A DNA stretch of 64,000 nucleotides from Octopus vulgaris (GCA_951406725.2 OX597814.1:10044001-10108000); one strand, 5' to 3'; shown: positions 12,438 through 26,479, counted from the first letter of the stretch. Notes: a model not told the origin generated them from the letters alone. Numbers and translations: made by a program.

Positions 12438-12725
12438 TCTTTATTAGCCACACAGGGCTGCACACAGATAGAACAAATTACAAGGTAGAGCTTTTCTTTT
12501 GGGGGTAAAAAAAGGAGAGTGGTGGTTTTCGATCAAAAGGGATCGTAAAAGGAAAGAAAAAGGACAAAAAAAAGGGGAGGGGTTAAAAAAAGGGGGGAGA
12601 GAAAAATAAATGAATAATAGGGATCGTTATCACAGAAATGTCAATATGAAGTGTAAAGGGGAGGACAGGTGAGGTTTACCCGTGGAAAGAAAAGCCTACG
12701 GAAAAGACCACGGTAACCTCGGTAG
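12435..12725 (-). mobile_element. Probable 3' end of a non-LTR retroelement
   Basis: tttctttattagccac... (AATAAA on minus) abutting (TA)n; no coding homology recognised. Confidence 0.3.
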
Positions 12726-12815
12726 AGAGAGAGAGAGAGAGAGACAGGGAGAGAGAATTAGAGAGCGAGAGAGATGCATAGGTAGATAGATAAATAGACA
12801 GACAGGCATTGATAA

Positions 12816-13109
<294 letters not shown>

Positions 13110-13192
13110 GGATGGATGGATGGATGGATTAGATATTCATAAACTTAGTATCAGTGCGAAAAAAGTAAAGGTGGGAGAGAGAGAGAGAGTGA

Positions 13193-13262
<70 letters not shown>

Positions 13263-13484
13263 TAGAGAGAGAGAGAATTAAGAGGTGGGCTGTATCCACT
13301 TGAAGTACACGCCCTCTTTATCTTCAAAGTGTATTGGGTGACTGATTCCGCTGTATATATATGTTTTTTATTCCCACTGCAAATGTACTTTGAATGAAAC
13401 CTCAACAAACGTCACAGAAACCGCCACCTTCGTAACAACCGTAAATCACCACTACCACTGCAAACAATATGAGCACAAAAGATG

Positions 13485-13499
13485 CTGCTGCTGTTGATG

Positions 13500-13530
<31 letters not shown>

Positions 13531-14485
13531 GTCAATTATTATAACTACTATTACTTCTGCTGCTGCTGCTACTACTACTACTACTACTACTACTAACATC
13601 ACCACCACCACTGCTAGTACTACTCCTACTACGAACATCACCACCATCACTACTACTACTACTACTACAACTACTACTACTACTACTACAACTACTACTA
13701 CTTCTACTACTATTACTACTACTACTACTACCATTACTTCTACTACTACAACTAACATCACCACCACCACTGCTGCTGCTACTACTACTACTACTACTAC
13801 TACTATAGACAGATGCCTGACATAAACAAACATCTGCACTACAACAGAACCAACAACAGTAGTAGTCGAAGGTGCAGAAGCCACTACCACCACAACACCA
13901 GTAACCAATTACCCTTACGTACCATTGCCAATACAATATCACCAAAATTATTTCCACATCACCATCACTATACAACTACAGACTTTGCACGTCACATGCC
14001 TACACACACGCACGCGCGCTCTCGCCTACAAACAATACCAATACTACAGCACAAACAATAACACTATTCCCACCACCACCACCACCACCATCACCACCAT
14101 CACCCCCACTTCTAGTAAGCATCACTTTCTTTCTCCGTCATCGACGCCATGAACTGGAAGAAAGCGTGTACCACCACCGCCACCACCACTACCACCACCA
14201 CCACCACCACTACCACCACCACACCAATCACCACCACCACCACCACCACCACCACAGCCACCACCACACCACCACCAACCACAACCACCACCACCACCAC
14301 CACCACATCCACAACCACCACCACCACCACTACCACAGCCACCACCATTACCAACAACCCCAACCACCACCACAACCACCACCACAGCCACCACCACTAC
14401 CACAACCACCACCACAACCACTACCACCACCACCACCACCACCACCAACACCACCACCAACCACCACCAACCACCACCACCACAA
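13485..14485. repeat. (ACT)n and (ACC)n trinucleotide low-complexity blocks
   Basis: tactactac and caccaccac runs; source of the poly-T/V/H ORFs. Confidence 0.9.
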
Positions 14486-14754
14486 CTGGCTCAATCATAC
14501 TCCATTAACGCACGGCTGTTATGTGCCAACAACATCTCCAAACAGCCACCGACAACATAACCATCGCCATCAGTTACCGTGGTAACCACATCAACAAACA
14601 CGTCGTTACTACCACTGCTACAGACACAGCCTCCACCATCGCCACTACCATCATCAGTGTCAACAACAATACGTATAAACAGAGCACGCCCACAATCCAT
14701 ACCATAACTCTTCAACATTATCACCACGCCCACTGACAATAATAATTACTATTG

Positions 14755-14975
14755 TTTTAAATTTTAGCACGAGGCCGGCAAATTATGTATCACTGGGAGA
14801 GGGAGGTTAATCGATTACATCGATCCCAGTACATGACTGGTACTTTATTTTATCGATCCAAAAAAGGAAGTAAAACTAAGTCAATCTCGTTGGAAATTTG
14901 GCAGAACGTAAAAAGCCGGAGGAAATGCCGGTAAGTCGTTCTGTCCGGCGTGCTAACGATTCTTTCATTTCGCCT
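14755..14975 (-). mobile_element. Degenerate SINE A2
   Basis: tcgattacatcgatcccagt...gtccggcgtgctaacgattc. Confidence 0.65.
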
Positions 14976-15074
14976 TGTTAAAGATAATAACAATGGTTGC
15001 AAAGACTGGCACAAGGCCAGCAATTTCAGGATAATGGGTAAGTCGATTATATCGACTCCAGTGCCCTGGTGCAT

Positions 15075-15645
15075 TACCAGGCAGTGACTCTCATGGCTTC
15101 GGATCTTAACAGACCGGAAGTGTTACCATGTACATTGTTTTGTGTTGGTATAAAAGATGGGCTACAGCAAATATTCTGCTCAATACCACAGATTTGCTTG
15201 TCAGTTGTTTGACTTTAACCAGTTGAGCATGTCCCTTAGTGGCTGGCAATATGTGCATCTCTGATCACGAGCAGAAATAGTGGGGGAGCATCATAGCCAT
15301 GTGTTGAGAGGAATTCTTTGGGGTTTGATTGATTCACCTCTGGAAACATGAGTGTTTCGTTCATCATCCTTAAACAAACTTTATTCTGCGACCTTTTGAG
15401 CGGGAAGGGCTACTCAGCCTGAAGAAAATTCTAACTGGGCCCCACCTGCAAGGTCATGCGCTGTTTATCGTGATATGAGATCATCATGTCGCGCACATAT
15501 GGTTGTGATGCATGTACCTGATGTACCCTTATCAGATGGGTAGTCATGATGGGTATACTGGGCTTCGTATATTTTACCCCAGTGTCACTTTGATGGCATG
15601 CGTTGCTCTCTCACTCAGGAATAGTAATAATAATAATAGTAATAG
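15075..15645 (+). mobile_element. Putative interspersed repeat / non-LTR 3' segment ending in an (AAT)n tail
   Basis: GC-richer ~550-bp block that interrupts a SINE A2 remnant and ends ...ctctctcactcagg followed by aatagtaataataataat; single copy in this window. Confidence 0.4.
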
Positions 15646-16029
15646 TGACGATGATGACGATGATGATGACGATTTCTTTTATTTGCGACAAGGGCATCGC
15701 TTAAAGGGGTTATTGCACGGACCGTTTACAATTTGTATGGGTGCTGTTACATAAAAGGAAATGGTAGAAGGTGAGATGAGATAAAAACGTAGAGAAAATC
15801 TACAAAATATGCAGCCCGCATCATACAGGAGAACCTCTACCTAGGACTAATCAAGGAAACACCGATCCAGTATGGATCACTCTGACCACTAAGAGTAAAA
15901 TCCTTATCCCTACTGTTGTTCTACAGGAGAATGCTTAGGGTGGTTCCATTCACCTGACCATTTTTGTTTCAGTCGCCCACTTTTTAATAAATTCGAACCA
16001 CTCATTTAAATAAGTTGTCTATATAATAA

Positions 16030-16268
16030 CTATTTCTTTACTACCCACAAGGGGCTAAACACAGGGGGGGGGAGGGCAAACAAGGCCAAACAAACGGATT
16101 AAGTCGATTATATCGACCCCAGTGCGTAACTGGTACTTATTTAATCGACCCAGAAAGGATGAAAGGCAAAGTCGACCTCGGCAGAATTTGAACTTAGAAC
16201 GTAGCGACAGACGAAATACTGCTAAGCATTTCGCCCGGCGTGCTAACGTTTCTGCCAGCTCGCCGCCT
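16030..16268 (-). mobile_element. SINE family A, full length
   Basis: ctatttctttactacccacaagggg...gtttctgccagctcgccgcc. Confidence 0.9.
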
Positions 16269-16296
16269 TACTTGTCTATATAATAACAATTTTGTT

Positions 16297-16465
16297 ATTT
16301 CGTCCATCTTTATGTTCTGAGTTCAAATTCCGCCGAGGTCGACTTTGCCTTTCATCCTTTCGGGGTCGATAAATTAAGTACCAGTTGCGTACTGGGGTCG
16401 ATCTAATCGACTGGCCCTCTCTCCCAAAAATTTTGGGCCTTGTGCTGCCTAGAGTAGAAAAGTAT
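16297..16465 (+). mobile_element. SINE A2, 5'-truncated
   Basis: tatttcgtcc...gagttcaaattccgccgaggtcgac...aaaattttgggccttgtg. Confidence 0.85.
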
Positions 16466-17163
16466 ATAATAACAATCTTGTAAACACCAGTCGACCTCGT
16501 GTAAAATTCCTCGAACAGATAGCTAGTATCCTTCAGCACCTTTTGTGCCAGTTCCTGCAGCTTCTCTATTCTTTTGAATTTATCTAATCTATTTTGGAAT
16601 ATTCTAAGTTTATTCATTTATTTTTACAGGTCAAAGTAATAAATATGACTGGCCACTTCCATTTTTGTTTTGGAGGAATTACTTGTTCTCCGCCAATATT
16701 TATGATTCATTGAAAAGTGGTAAACTTTCTTTAAACAAATACTTGTGGACAGAAAAATAATGAACAGCTTGGTCAGTTTAAATCCTATATGGAGATCTCA
16801 TATTAGGTTAATGTTTCAGTTATATATAAATGGAACAGGCTACTAAAAATGCGTTAATCATGCAAATCAGCTTATTCTATATATTGAAGCCTTTGATAGT
16901 GGTTATGTAAAATATCTCCATGGATTGTTATAGGCGAAGTGCTCAGTTAATAGTGAGATTCCAATATAGGATTGAAACGAGTCCAGCTTTCTCGTTTCAT
17001 TATTTATTTGAGTCCAAGGTGCAGTTAAATAAAACAGTTTACAATTGTCCAGTGTATTCCATTCAATTTGATTTGTACCCACAGAACCGATTGGGAAAAA
17101 TTTTGCATTTATTGTATAAGATATAATAGCGTCAAAACTATACACACACATATATATATATAC

Positions 17164-17244
<81 letters not shown>

Positions 17245-17266
17245 TATATATATATATATATATATA

Positions 17267-17320
<54 letters not shown>

Positions 17321-17448
17321 TATACATACATGGACGCACACATAGGTAATACAAACCTCCAGTTTTCCATTTCACACACATACACACACACACGCATACA
17401 CACGCACACACACAAACACACACAGTATAATACAATGTTTCACATGTA

Positions 17449-17513
<65 letters not shown>

Positions 17514-17802
17514 GCATACATATAGACGTGCATATACATATACATACAAATGTATGTATAAACGAACATACGCATATATAAGCTCTCATCCACATAACGG
17601 CAAATGCTATTATTAGCAACAACAACGGCATCAACAATAAGATTTATTATACACCACAGCATAACGCAAAACAAAACGCTTCAGTAATTTATTAATCGAA
17701 TAATCTTCCAAAAATGCGTTAATTACGAAAATCAGGATTAACTCTTGTTTATTTTAGAGTTAAAAAAAAATGTCTGAATTATTAGCTCGGAAGGCAGGGA
17801 AG

Positions 17803-18296
17803 GAGGGACCCTTGAAGCGTAACATGGAAACCAACGAATAACAACAGTCAAAAGAATTTTCTACCCAGGCATAAGGGCCAGCGTTTTAGAAGAGCATACG
17901 ATGGCTTCCATTGTAATTTATTTCTCATTTATAGATGCTTCATAAGAATGCTAAATATACACAAATATCTGGCTGGGTCTTATTTTATGAACCTCAGAAG
18001 GATGGAAAGCAAAGGTAATCTTAACAGGGCTTGAACTTCAAATGAAAATGAGGGACCCTTGAAGCGGAACAAGGAAACCAACGAATAACAACAGTCAAAA
18101 TAATTTTCTACCCAGGCTTTAGGGCCAGCGTTTCAGAAGAGGCAGATGATGTCTTCCCTTGTAATTTATTTCTTATTCATAGATGCTTCATAAGAATGTT
18201 AAATATACACAAATATCTGGCTAGGCCTTATTTTATGAACCTCGGAAGGATGGAAAGCAAAGGTAACCCAAACAGGGCTTGAACTTCAAATGACAA
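17803..18296. repeat. Tandem duplication, 2 x ~247 bp
   Basis: gagggacccttgaagcg...ttgaacttcaaatga at 17803 and again at 18050 with scattered substitutions. Confidence 0.9.
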
Positions 18297-18715
18297 TTGG
18301 GGCTAACTAAATACCTCTAATATTTTGTATAGCGGTTTAACGATTTTGCCTATTGTTTATACCGACTGTTTTATTTGACAGGTTTCTATTATATCAATCA
18401 GGAAAAATAAAGAACAATTTGAATGGGACATGATTAAATGCTACAAGGTATTTTCTTTGGCACTCTACAGCTTTTGCCGTAATGATAATTTTAGGGGTAA
18501 GATTGATTTGTAGCGTTGGTATAATGCCAGTTCTACAAGAAATATGAAGAAAGAGTGCCTAGCCATCACACACAACCGTACATGAGCTTGTAGCATGTAC
18601 AATGCTTTCGCTAATCGTTTTAAGCACATGTTTAATTGTGAGCAGACACCCTCTGTGCGCGGTCTTTCTTGATCCAATGGAACATCAAGGGTGTGAAAGG
18701 TAGGTTGGTAGGTAG

Positions 18716-18746
<31 letters not shown>

Positions 18747-18788
18747 AACTGAATGAGATAGAGAGATAGACAGGGAGAAATATATATA

Positions 18789-18885
<97 letters not shown>

Positions 18886-20379
18886 CGGTCTGTATCAACA
18901 CTTGGATGAAATTAATTTACAGCCGAATAGACCGGAAGTGAAGTGCCTCGTTTAAGGACACAAATCGAAGTGCCTCGTTCAATGTCTAGGAATCGAAATC
19001 ACACCCTTATGATCGCGTGTGCAACTGTAGGACATGCACTTAGAGCAGATTATATAGTCGAATAATTAGAAGACTAGTATTCGATTTCTACATACAGTTA
19101 TCGATCCTGGGGGACGGAAAGCAATGACAACGACAAACTAAATACGACATAATTATAATGAATTCCGTCAATGACGGAAAACGAACTTATCTACGTGTCG
19201 CTAGACCAGCTAGAAACGACACCTAAATATCTCTTAAAACATACCTTCAGTGTTATCTTTAAAAATGGAATACATATTGGACAGTGTGTTGCTGAATGTA
19301 ATGTGCTTGTAGAAAATGGGTTGGTGAGTCCTGGATTGCCCTTGATCCGAGATCTGCTCGATCAGGAATAATTGACTATATCAAAACCACAACAACAAAT
19401 ACCAACATTTACATTTTAAGCAACAACAATAACAACAGAAACAAAATTTTAAGTGAACTGAAATCATGAGAGTAACATACGCAAAAGATATTAGGTAAAA
19501 ACAGCATCAATGGCAAAAAATTATAACGAATCAACAAAGAAGCCTCTACGTGGTCGCTCAAGCTGTTAGAAATAACAACCAAATTTCTTTCAAATTGCAT
19601 TGTGTATCTTAGTTACACAATGTTCGGAAAATCTAAAAAAAGAAAAAAAAAGAAAACATGGCTGAAATGCTTCTGATCGTATAAGATCGTTTAACCAGGT
19701 CTAACCTGGAGCTACGACTCATCATCATCATCACCGTCATCGTCATCGTCGTCATCGTTAAGAAGAATAACAACAATAAAAATAGTAAAGGAACGAACCA
19801 ATAAGTGAGCTCATGTTGCAAGAAATAGCATCTAAATCTCCCTCAGATCACACTATACAAACAGGAACGACATTCAAAACACCATAGGCTTAGTTGGCGA
19901 GAAGGTCATGGCTGGAATGCTTTGAATCCTGAGTCAGCTGGATCTTAGCGGGCCTGTATTTAAATGTCAAGGACAACCTGTTATCAACTGAAAAGAAAAA
20001 AAAATTACGACAACAGCAATTGCCATAACAGATGTATTGTGCGATAAAAACAATCACTAAAGATGCAGATTCTATAACTATATCAATAACAGGAATAATT
20101 ACAATATGGTTCACCATATTCGACACAACAATTTCGATAATAATAGCATACTAAACACTTTCCATAACCGTTAATAAAAGTTGTAATAGCAACGATAATT
20201 TACGTTGCAACTTACTCCAACTTTGATGACTGCTTCTAATATAGGCACAAGGCCTAAAATTTGGGAAAAGCATTGAGTCCATTAAATCACACCCAGTATT
20301 TAACTAGTCGTTTGTTTTATCGCTGTGACCATTCCACCAACCTATAGTCCTTAAAAGGAACCAGCCTTAATTCTGCATT

Positions 20380-21270
20380 GGTTTCAAATTTTGGCTCAAG
20401 GCCAGCAACTTCAGGAAAGGGAGGAGTCGATTATATCGACCCCAAGTTCACTTCCTTGCTGCACTGGTAATAATGAAAGGTACAGATGACCTCGGCGGCA
20501 TTTGAGGTCAGATCAAGATGAACCGGAACGTATAATTAAAAGCCATATATCCGATTCTCTTATAACTCGGTCAGTTGGCCACCTTTATGAATAATAATAA
20601 TTGTTTCTAACACAAGTACAAACTCTGAAATTTGGAGTGGGGGTGCTCAGTCGATTACGACAACTAAATTTCTTCCTCGGAACCGCCTCAGTGGCTCAAA
20701 GACAAAGTTAACATTGCGCAATTTGAACACAAAAGGCAAAAAACTGAAAAATACCGCAACGCATTTAGTACGACGCTCTAATGATGATTCTGCCAACACA
20801 CCATTCTAAACGCGAAGGCGGAGGTAATAACAGTAAAAATGAGACTATAACTGTAATAGTCCTTTCTGCTATAGTCTCAAGGCCTGACATTTTCTGGAAG
20901 CGGGCTAGTCGAATACATCAATCCCAGGACTTGTGTGGTACTTATTTTATCGACGCCGATAAAAATGAAAGGCAAAGTCGACCTCGGTGGCATTTGATCT
21001 TAGAACATGAAGACGGAAGAAATGTCGCTAAGCATTTTATCCGGCATGCAAACGATTCTACCATATCACAGCCTTTGACCACAACTACAATTGTAGTTTA
21101 AAATTTGGCACAAGGCCCACAGCAGCTTTTTTTGGGGTGGGGTTGTAAGTCTATTACATCGGCCTCTGTGCTCAACTGGTACTTATTTTATTGGTCCCGA
21201 AAGGATGAAAGGCAAAGTCAACCACGTAGAAATTTGAACTCAGAACGCAAAGACAGACGAAATGCAGCAA
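20380..21270 (-). mobile_element. Cluster of 3-4 degenerate SINE A2 copies
   Basis: Recurrent ttggcacaaggcc tails and gaaaggcaaagtcgacctcgg cores at ~20390, ~20880 and ~21105. Confidence 0.7.
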
Positions 21271-22992
21271 GTTCACAACTGTAAGAGTAACGATTTACAA
21301 CAACGGCTTTAATATCGATAATAATTGCAACATGAAAAACGGACCATGTAGTCATTATAATTGCTAGAAATAACTGCTAAAATCCCTTTAAAATCCCAGT
21401 GTACTATATTTAACCATAAAGTTAATTTAGACTACACCTAGGTACACCGCCTCAAAATACGATTGAATGACTATAGCTATAGCTATTTGCTGCTCTGGTA
21501 CTGCGGACGCATACAAGATTAGAATGCTGCAGTACAGGACCGCGTGACAGATTCTTCAAGCCAATCCAACGGAGAGAGAACCTAGGGTTAGACTACAAAC
21601 GAGATTGTTGGGTAACATTCATATTTTCAGATGATCGCGCTTAGGGATCCAGCAGGAAAGTTTAATGACAGTTCTTCTAATAAGACCTACGGTTAGCGTG
21701 CCTGGGGGTTCTACTCCTTGACTCTCGTCGGAAAAGAGCGCAGAGATATATGGGTGAATGAATGGTTATATTTGGATTGCTTATGATACGAGGTATGATG
21801 AATCAGAGGATTGATATTGGAGTTAAAGAACAACTGGAATGTCTAAGGGGTTTCTTATATTGCTAGAAATTGTAGCAAACTCTCTCTCAAAATCATACTC
21901 TGTCATCTTTAAAACAAAGCAGGACACGGCAGATAATGTTATCCTGGGCACTCTATCTAAAAATATCATAGGGATGGACATGGTTTGAATGCCTTGGAAC
22001 ATCAAACTAAACATTCAGATCTTAAACCGTTAAATGATAACAAAAAGAAGGACAAAAGCGTCCTAAACAACAAAACGACAACAGGAAAAACAACTACCAG
22101 CTAACCCCAAAATCAATATTAAGAAGTAGGGTTAGCTGAGAGAATTCTTTGTGCGCCGAACAAAATGCTTTAGGATACTTCTTCCGGTCCTTTACGCTTT
22201 GTAGTCAACTTTGTCTTTCATCTGTTTGGAGTCAATAAAATAAAGTACCGATCAATCACTGGGATCGGTGGCACCATCGAACTTCCATCCTTCTAAATCG
22301 ATGGCGTTGTGCCTTAATTAGGAACAAATATTTTCAAGAACAAAAACGACAACGCGAAAACAAAGAGTAACCATAGCAATCTGAACACGGAGCCTTAAAT
22401 CGATCTGCTAAATATAATAGCGAAATATCCTTAAAATATTATTGTATCATGTTCAAAAATCTGGCGGACACATTCCAGCTTCTGCTCATGGTTTTGCTGT
22501 TTCCTCAGTAATTGCCCCTTTTACTTGGAGCTGGCTATCCAGGTACTTCTACCACTCAGCACCCTTGGCCCACTCATTTCTCCAGTTATCATCAACCTTG
22601 TTGCATCAGCACCCGAGCTAAGTACCGCTCTTTTCGTTCTTTTCCAGAACATTGGCCCTCTGTAAATTCCTATCTGTACGTATGTTTCCAGCAAATGTTG
22701 AGCTGCAAAAATTAAAATGGAACATCAACGGTCTCGGAGAGGGTCCTGCAGATATCATGGGCCCCGAATTTTACTCCAGAATCAGCAAATAATAATAATA
22801 ATAATAATATATAAAAAAAACAGAAAGTACCTCCAAAAAGACACACTGGTCAATGTTGTCCTCGATAAAAAAATATTAGGTAAAAGGTAAAAAGGGAACG
22901 TTTAGACTGTAACCCTTTCTAGTTAGGTCCCTTTGATCAGGGCTTACCTTTGACAAAACGACATACATACAATAGATGCTGACGTATTTGTG

Positions 22993-23160
22993 GAAGAAGA
23001 AGAAGAAGAAGAAGAAGAAGAAGAAGAAGAAGAAGAAGAAGAAGAAGAAGAAGACGAAGAAGAAGAAGAAGAAGAAGAAGAAGAAGAAGAAGAAGAAGAA
23101 GAAGAAGAAGAAGAAGAAGAAGAAGAAGAAGAAGAAGAAGAAGAAGAAGAAGAAGAAGAA
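22993..23160. repeat. (GAA)56 with one GAC interruption
   Basis: Direct reading. Confidence 0.95.
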
Positions 23161-23339
23161 GACAACAACAACAGCAGCAGCAACAGGAACAAGAACAACA
23201 GCAATAGCGCCAACACTAAAAGTTATGAACAGGGCGACAACAACAAATGTATTGACAACAACGAAATCAACTACACCACCACCAACAACAACATCACAAG
23301 CTATGATGTTAACGATAACAACGACAATAATGGTTTAAA

Positions 23340-23530
23340 ATGTTGCCACAAGGATAGCAATTTCGGGGGATGAGTCGATTACGTTGACCTCAGTGCGTAA
23401 CTGGTACTTATTTTATCGACCCCGAAACGATGAAAGGTAAAATCAACCTCGGCGGAATTTGAACTCGGAACGTAGCGACAGGCGAGATACTGCTAAGCAT
23501 TTCGTCTGGTGCGTTAACGATTCTGCCCGC
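23340..23530 (-). mobile_element. SINE A2
   Basis: gagtcgattacg...gaccccgaaacgatgaaagg...gcgttaacgattctgcc. Confidence 0.75.
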
Positions 23531-23934
23531 TCAGACGACAATAATGATAATAATTTTTGTTATTGGCCGAAAGGTCGCCTGATATCGAGGAGGTAGCAAG
23601 GACGCGATTGAATCCTGAAAAGTTGTTATCGAATAAAACAGAATAATGATCATCTTTTTGTTTAAAGACAGAAAAAGATAAAAAATTATTGTTTTTAAAA
23701 TAAAGGTCCAAGGCAAGAAAATAGGGGGAAGGTTTTACTTCCCAATGATTTGCAGGTACCTGTAACTTATAGATACAGATACTGGAAGGACGAAAAGCAA
23801 AGTTGATCTTAACGGAATTTGAACTCAGGACATAATGAGCCGGATTGGATTCTGCGTGATTAGAGATAACATGATAACATGATTAGACATAACATCAATG
23901 CAACATTAACAATGTCACCCATGGAAATGAAGTA

Positions 23935-24460
23935 GACGATGATGACAATGATGATGATGATGACGATGATGATGATGATGAGGATGATGATGATGATGAT
24001 GATGATTATGGTTTGGTGGTGGTGTTCATATTAAAATGAGTGATGATAACGACAACGACGATGATTATGACGATGATAATGATTGTTATTGTTTTTATGA
24101 TGATGATGATGATGACGAGGATGAACACTATGGCCACGATGTTGACGATGTTGACGACGGAGATGACGACGATGACGACGACGACGACGACCGCCATCAC
24201 TACGATGACAGCAGCAATGACTATGCCGATCACTGCAAGAGAGCAACCAGCGAAAGCACACGACCAAAGTCAGCCGTAGAAAGATAGAGCGTCATTAGCA
24301 ACAGCGACGGCGTTAGCAACAGACAAGATCGGAAATAACTCGAAACAACAACAACAACAACAATACCAAGTAGCGACTACGACGACGACGACGACGAAGA
24401 CGACGGATACAACAACAACATCGACAACAACAACAACAACAACAGTGATGATTACGATGA
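23935..24460. repeat. (GAT)n/(GAC)n/(AAC)n low-complexity tract
   Basis: Direct reading. Confidence 0.85.
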
Positions 24461-25244
24461 TAAAGATAAGAATAATACTATCAAGAATATCAAGGATATC
24501 TACAAAAATATCATCAGCAGCCGCATCAGATGCAGCAGCCGAAACGACGGCGGCAGCATCTTCACCAACAGCAGCTATTGTAATGAATGTGACACAGTTA
24601 GAAGACTAAACAACAAAGTTCGCAATAAGGCGGTGCGTGGTTCAAATCGCAGAGGCTCCTGTTTGCTGACAGCTTTAATTCATTCTTCGTCGTTTTTAGG
24701 CTCTGGATAGACATTATCATATTATTGTCTATCTTCATTACCAATGCTATCAGCATCATCGTAATTGATATCTTTACTCTAAGGCTACCCTCCAAAGCTA
24801 TCACTTGAAGCATTGTTGTCCCCACCCGGTTAATCTACCAGTAATCTCTCGTCTGTCATTGTTATTATTATTAACATTGCTGTTCTCATCACAGTCATTA
24901 CCATAGCCAATATCGACATGGCCATCACCACCAACAGTTGAACTAGCACCACCAGTTCCTGAAACGGTCATCAAAGTGAAAACCCAATTTCTTAAACAGG
25001 ACACTCAACGTCGCTACAAGCATCAACATTGCAATCGCCAACGCAACGAAGAAATGTGACGCCAAAAACAGCGGCAACAGCAACAACAACAACAAAACCA
25101 GTATCAACACTAGCAACAGTAACAACAACAATAACGAATAGAAGATCAACAATAACATAATTGGAACCATTGTGAACAGAATCTCTTCCGGAAACCGACG
25201 TTACCACTACCAGTTCTATCTTACCAAACCACCTCCGCCTCAAT

Positions 25245-25785
25245 ATGGCTCCATTGCCATCTACGTCGTCGCCGTCATCGTCATCATCGTCATCGTCATC
25301 GTCGTCATCGTCATCGTCATCATCGTCATCGTCTTCATCGTCGTCGTCATCCCCATCATCATCATCATCATCGCCATCATCGACACCGCCGACACCTTTG
25401 TCATTATCATCTTCATCACCGCCACCACCTTCGCCCACGTCACCACCAAATTTGGGTCAACCGGCGCCGGATCAGCCCTCGAAACCTCAGCTATCGACCA
25501 ATGCCTCCTCCTTCTCCATCGCTGCTCTTATGGGCTTGAGTGACGATGACACCAAGTCACGGTCACGGAACACCTCTACGGACAACAATAACCGAAGTCT
25601 CTGCACGACACCTTGGCTAACAACACCGTTAACTGACCAGCAAAACGCCGAAGACGTAGACGGCGATCACATAATCGGAGCGACACGAGAAATTATTCAT
25701 GACACAAGGTCACACCAAATATATGGACACTGGTCAAGCAATGAAAACATTCCAACAGAGAAAGAATCAGTTATATCACCACTGG
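25245..25785 (+). CDS. Tbx20: First coding exon of T-box transcription factor Tbx20 (midline/H15 orthologue); N-terminal region with eh1 motif
   Basis: ATG in caatATGg context with upstream in-frame stops (25158, 25173). [19 protein letters not shown] aligns with vertebrate TBX20 PKPQLSSRANAFSIAALMS, and exon-terminal [10 protein letters not shown] aligns with ENTIKPL-E (recalled sequence). Strong donor G|GTAAGT at 25786 in phase 1. Confidence 0.85.
25482..25535 (+). other. Tbx20: eh1 (Groucho/TLE-binding) motif region [18 protein letters not shown]
   Basis: FSIAALM at 25512-25532 fits the eh1 consensus FSIxxI/L. Confidence 0.85.
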
Positions 25786-25791
25786 GTAAGT
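25786..25791 (+). other. Splice donor GTAAGT (start of intron 1)
   Basis: Perfect consensus donor right after CCA CTG G; microsatellites begin ~55 bp downstream. Confidence 0.85.
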
Positions 25792-25923
25792 GATGGATTT
25801 TATAGGACTTTTTAATTTCTGACGATGGGGGTTATAACCAATGTATGTATGTATGTATGTATGTATGTATGTATGTATGTATGTATGTATGTATGTATGT
25901 ATGTATGTATGTACGTATGTATT

Positions 25924-25986
<63 letters not shown>

Positions 25987-25991
25987 GTAAA

Positions 25992-26060
<69 letters not shown>

Positions 26061-26479
26061 GTCTGTCTATCTGTCCATCTGCCTGTCACTCTCTCTTCTC
26101 ACCCCAATCTTTATATTTATATGCATATATATTAATAGACAATAATATACAAACACATCCACACCCATTACACACACACAAATATATCAATGTAAATGCA
26201 TATACATACATAAATACATACATACATATATACATACATACATACATACAGACATGCGTACATACATACATACACGACAAAAACTAGCAAATACAGACAC
26301 ACACACACGCACGAACACAATTAAATTCAATTAAAGCAGTGTGATTTCTCTCACAGTGAACGTTCGAAAACCTTATTTGTTTTTGTATCACACACCCACA
26401 CAAACACACACATATATATATACGCATACACACATGTACATATACATACACACACATATATATTCATATACATATATAC

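Noticed and set aside
13402-14585. Mucin-like Thr-rich and His-rich ORFs
   Set aside because: (ACT)n/(ACC)n repeats open in multiple frames
22944-23373. Poly-E, poly-K and poly-S ORFs
   Set aside because: Products of the (GAA)n tract
24992-25543. Overlapping alternative-frame ORFs over the Tbx20 exon
   Set aside because: Shadows of the TCG/TCA repeat; only the 25245 frame has the eh1 motif, ATG context and matching donor
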